Assembly: GCA_002454335.1 (NCBI GenBank)
Contig: DKIP01000020.1
Location: 22,101 to 86,100, forward strand
Reading direction: 5' to 3'
Length of the DNA stretch: 64,000 bases
From: Cytophagaceae bacterium UBA6715
GTDB lineage: Bacteria; Bacteroidota; Bacteroidia; Cytophagales; Spirosomataceae
This document shows, one piece after another, positions 60,651-64,000 of this stretch. Position 1 is the stretch's first letter. Each line of letters opens with the position of its first letter. The notes under the pieces were generated by a model, which saw nothing but the letters and a program-made list of their open reading frames with translations, searched no databases and was not told the DNA's origin. Position numbers and translations under genes: made by a program.

Positions 60651-63110
60651 ATGAAATTACTGCTATCCCTATTCGCTTGTCTTTATTCATTTGTTGCTTT
60701 AGCCCAATTAAAAAGTCCTGACGAATTTTTAGGATATCAACTCGGAACACGATTTACCTACCATTACCAGTTGGTTGAGTATTGCAAACATGTGGCCTCA
60801 CAGCGTCCTTCCATGGCTCGTTGGCATTCTTACGGGAAAACAAACGAAGGACGTGAATTGGGTATTTTGACTTTATCGAATCCACATTTATTACCCAAAT
60901 TAGATGAGGTGAAATTTATTCACCAGCAAGTTATAGAAGGTAAAAAACAAGCAAGCAAGGATTTGCCTGTTATCATTAATTTGTCGTTTAATGTACATGG
61001 TAATGAAGCGGCAGGTTCAGAAGCGGCCTTGGGTGCGATTTATGATTTGGTGAAAGAAGGTGGTCTTTTAATAAATTCAACCAAAGATTTTGTTGTCTTA
61101 ATGGACCCTTGCATTAATCCGGATGGTCGGGATGCTTATGTAACTCAATACAATCGTCGGAATTTTACAGCGGGCGGAAATGCAGACCCCAATGACCAAG
61201 AGCATTTTGAAGGTTCAACCTCGGGTCGCTATAATCACTTTTCTTTTGATTTAAATCGTGATTGGGTTTGGCAAACGCAGGTTGAGACGAAACAACGATT
61301 AGCCTTTTATCAGTCTTGGTTACCTATGGTACATGCGGATTTCCATGAGCAAAGCTTCCAGCATTCCTACTATTTTCCGCCGGCAGCTAAACCGTATATG
61401 AAGTTTATTTCTAATTCAACTTTGGCATTGCAATCATCTGTTGGTCAGTCATTTGCAAAATTATTTGATCATAATAAATGGCCTTATTTTACCTCAGAAA
61501 TTTATGATTTGTTTTATCCAGGTTATGGTGATACTTATCCAGTATTAAATGGAGCCTTGGGAATGACTTTGGAACAAGGTGGTATTCGCGGGGGCTTACA
61601 GGCTCAAAAATCGAATGGGGATACGATACGTTTGGTTGATCGTGTGCGTCATCATCGTGCTTTAGCTGTCAATTTGGTGGAATGGTCGCTAAATAATAAT
61701 GAACAGGTAAAGGCTAGTTTCTATCAAAATCATGCGAATGCACGAATTACGCCAACTAATCTTTACAAATCTTATCTAATACCTCAAGTTGAAATAGTTA
61801 AATCAGCAGAATTGATTCGTTTGTTAAAATCCAATCGCATTCAATTAAGCCAACTGGACAAGGACGGTTCATTTAATGCTTTCTCATATCAGGATCAAAA
61901 AAATCAAGTATATAAAGCAAATGCAGGTGATTTGCTCATATCAGCGTATCAATCTGCGGCACCGATGATTCAAGCATTGTTGGACCCTACCCCGGTTTTA
62001 GAGGATTCTTTAACCTATGATATCACAGCATGGAATTTATTCCAATTACATGGAATTCGCGCCTATGGAATTAAGGAGCGTCTGACTGGAGTTGATTACC
62101 TGGAAAGTAATGTGTCGAATCAAATAATTGATGAAGCGCATGTAGCCTATGTATTTAAATCAGACGCGAAATCAGTTCAATTTACCAACTCCTTGATTTC
62201 CAAGGGTTATTTAGTCGTGTTTAATGATAAACAAGTTCGTTTTGATGGAACGGATTATGGTCCAGGTTACCTTTGGGTACTAAAGAAAAGAGGATCGTGG
62301 GCAGCTCTAGCTGAAGCTGCAAATTCGGCTCATATTCCATTGAAAGGTATACGCTCGTATCGTTCAGAATCAGGTGCAGATTTAGGTTCTACGCACTTTA
62401 TACAAGTGAAAACCTCACGCATTGCTGTTGTGGTCGATCCTAATTTTGATGTAAACCAACAAGGTGAATTGGCTTATCATTTGACGAAGAATATGTTGTT
62501 GAATCCTAGTTTTGTTCCGTTAACACAGCTTTTTCGTGCGAATTTAAATGATTATAGCCATATCATATTCCCAAATGGGAAGTCGGCAGAACTTGCAAAA
62601 AGCCAACAAACCCTATTGGATGATTATGTAAAGAAAGGTGGACAGGTCATTCTTTTTGAAAAGGCTGCTAGTTTCCTTTCTGATAAGGAAATTACGCTTG
62701 TTGAGAAAGATCTGAAGGATAGTTTAGTGAATCAAACATCATATGAAGATTCTGAGCGACATGAAATTTCGAAAACGTTGACCGGTAATTTATTGGTAGG
62801 CCAAATGGAAAAATCACATCCTTTAGCTTTTGGTATCAATCAAGACCAAATAATTATTTTGAATCAAGCAGACCGATTGATAAAGCCTCATACCCTATGG
62901 AAATCGATTGTCAAAACAAATAACTCCACTCAGATTTTCGGATTTGTGGGTAATCAAGTTAAAAAACAGGTTAATAACAGTTTGTGGATGGCTAATTACG
63001 GTTTAGGTGCTGGAAATTATATTTGGTTTGGTTTTAATCCATTATTCCGTGCGATTCCAACACAATCCATTAAACTTTTTGAAAATGCACTCTTATACCA
63101 TGCGAATTAA
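60651..63110 (+). CDS. M14 family zinc carboxypeptidase, secreted
   Basis: Signal peptide; VHGNE, NPDGR, DLNRD and DFHE motifs; C-terminal GATase-like region. Confidence 0.88.
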   Translation: MKLLLSLFACLYSFVALAQLKSPDEFLGYQLGTRFTYHYQLVEYCKHVASQRPSMARWHSYGKTNEGRELGILTLSNPHLLPKLDEVKFIHQQVIEGKKQASKDLPVIINLSFNVHGNEAAGSEAALGAIYDLVKEGGLLINSTKDFVVLMDPCINPDGRDAYVTQYNRRNFTAGGNADPNDQEHFEGSTSGRYNHFSFDLNRDWVWQTQVETKQRLAFYQSWLPMVHADFHEQSFQHSYYFPPAAKPYMKFISNSTLALQSSVGQSFAKLFDHNKWPYFTSEIYDLFYPGYGDTYPVLNGALGMTLEQGGIRGGLQAQKSNGDTIRLVDRVRHHRALAVNLVEWSLNNNEQVKASFYQNHANARITPTNLYKSYLIPQVEIVKSAELIRLLKSNRIQLSQLDKDGSFNAFSYQDQKNQVYKANAGDLLISAYQSAAPMIQALLDPTPVLEDSLTYDITAWNLFQLHGIRAYGIKERLTGVDYLESNVSNQIIDEAHVAYVFKSDAKSVQFTNSLISKGYLVVFNDKQVRFDGTDYGPGYLWVLKKRGSWAALAEAANSAHIPLKGIRSYRSESGADLGSTHFIQVKTSRIAVVVDPNFDVNQQGELAYHLTKNMLLNPSFVPLTQLFRANLNDYSHIIFPNGKSAELAKSQQTLLDDYVKKGGQVILFEKAASFLSDKEITLVEKDLKDSLVNQTSYEDSERHEISKTLTGNLLVGQMEKSHPLAFGINQDQIIILNQADRLIKPHTLWKSIVKTNNSTQIFGFVGNQVKKQVNNSLWMANYGLGAGNYIWFGFNPLFRAIPTQSIKLFENALLYHAN

Positions 63111-64000
63111 ACTTATCCTGATTTTGTTGGCTTGTGGGTTTCAATATTCATTTAGTCAAACAATTAAGCCCGTCTACCCTATCCCGAGTGCAAAGCAATT
63201 AGCTTGGCAAGAATTGTCCTATTATGGATTTGTTCATTTTAACATGAACACGTTTACGAATGTAGAATGGGGTGAAGGAAAGGAAGATCCCAAATTATTT
63301 AACCCAACTGCCTTGGATTGTAATCAATGGGTTCGCATTGCAAAAGCTGCTGGGATGAAAGGTTTGATATTGACCGCCAAACATCATGATGGTTTTGCTC
63401 TTTATCCGTCAAAATATACAGACCACTCCGTTGTGAAATCCCCTTGGAAAAATGGTAAAGGTGATGTGGTTCGCGAATTATCCAATGCGTGTAAACGCTA
63501 TGGGTTAAAATTAGGGATCTATTTGTCTCCTTGGGATCGTTTTCACCCTGCCTATGGAACGGATGATTATAACCAGGTATATGCCAATATGCAAAAAGAG
63601 CTTTTGACTCAATATGGTCCTATTTTTGAATTTTGGTATGATGGTGCCAATGGTGAGGGTCCTAATGGGAAAATGCAGGTGTATGATTGGAAATTGTTTC
63701 ATTCGATGGTCAATAAATATCAACCGAATGCTGTCCAGTTTTCAGATAATGGTCCCGACATTCGTTGGGTTGGGAATGAACGCGGTTATTCTTACGAAAC
63801 GATGTGGTCCCCAATTAATAAAGATGAGATTTATCCGGGTTATCCTAAGTTTGACGACTACCGACAAGGACAAGAAAATGGAAGCCATTGGGTTGCTCCT
63901 GAGGTAGATGTGAGTCTTAGACCAGGCTGGTATTATCACCCTGATCAAGACAATAAAGTAAAGAGTGCTGATTCCCTGATGCGTATTTACGTGGCCTCCG
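63100..64000 (+). CDS. GH29 alpha-L-fucosidase, 3'-truncated by window edge (absent from ORF track)
   Basis: ATG at 63100: MRIKLILILLACGFQYSFSQ...QLAWQ...FVHFNMNTF..EWG...LTAKHHDGF...GIYLSPWD...FWYDGA...EVDVSLRPGWYYH. Confidence 0.92.
   Translation, partial: MRIKLILILLACGFQYSFSQTIKPVYPIPSAKQLAWQELSYYGFVHFNMNTFTNVEWGEGKEDPKLFNPTALDCNQWVRIAKAAGMKGLILTAKHHDGFALYPSKYTDHSVVKSPWKNGKGDVVRELSNACKRYGLKLGIYLSPWDRFHPAYGTDDYNQVYANMQKELLTQYGPIFEFWYDGANGEGPNGKMQVYDWKLFHSMVNKYQPNAVQFSDNGPDIRWVGNERGYSYETMWSPINKDEIYPGYPKFDDYRQGQENGSHWVAPEVDVSLRPGWYYHPDQDNKVKSADSLMRIYVAS

Noticed and set aside
63511-63948. Three short ORFs in the ORF track at the window end
   Set aside because: All lie within the GH29 fucosidase reading frame that starts at 63100.
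1-64000. Mobile elements, prophage, defence systems, tRNA or rRNA genes
   Set aside because: No transposase, integrase, phage, nuclease or structured RNA gene signatures were seen, and no obvious compositional island by eye.

Overview
AT-rich, very densely packed chromosomal segment of a Bacteroidota bacterium. Gene content, TAnnTTTG promoter motifs and tight packing suggest a streamlined freshwater Cytophagales such as Aquirufa; that assignment is inference. About 51 CDS are present. Core genes: partial dnaE, trxA, membrane pyrophosphatase, rplY, prs, mitochondrial-type aconitase, topA, folD, menB/menE, thrS-infC-rpmI-rplT and dnaK. Accessory genes: two DUF5686-like outer-membrane proteins, a peptidase/propeller/barrel Omp85-like protein, a cysteine desulfurase-XdhC-DUF3050 operon, a DEGS1-like sphingolipid desaturase, a maltose/alpha-glucan locus (GH65, pgmB, GH13, MFS), and a non-phosphorylative L-fucose catabolic operon with extra enzymes, followed by an M14 peptidase and a partial GH29 fucosidase that the ORF track missed. 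I saw no rRNA, tRNA, CRISPR array, prophage or transposase. The best leads are the eukaryote-like ceramide desaturase, the extended fucose operon with its internal 7-mer tandem repeat, the IscS/XdhC/diiron-oxidase module, a sigma54-like dnaK promoter, and candidate RNA leaders upstream of rplY and rplT. All product calls come from motif recognition by eye; no searches were run.
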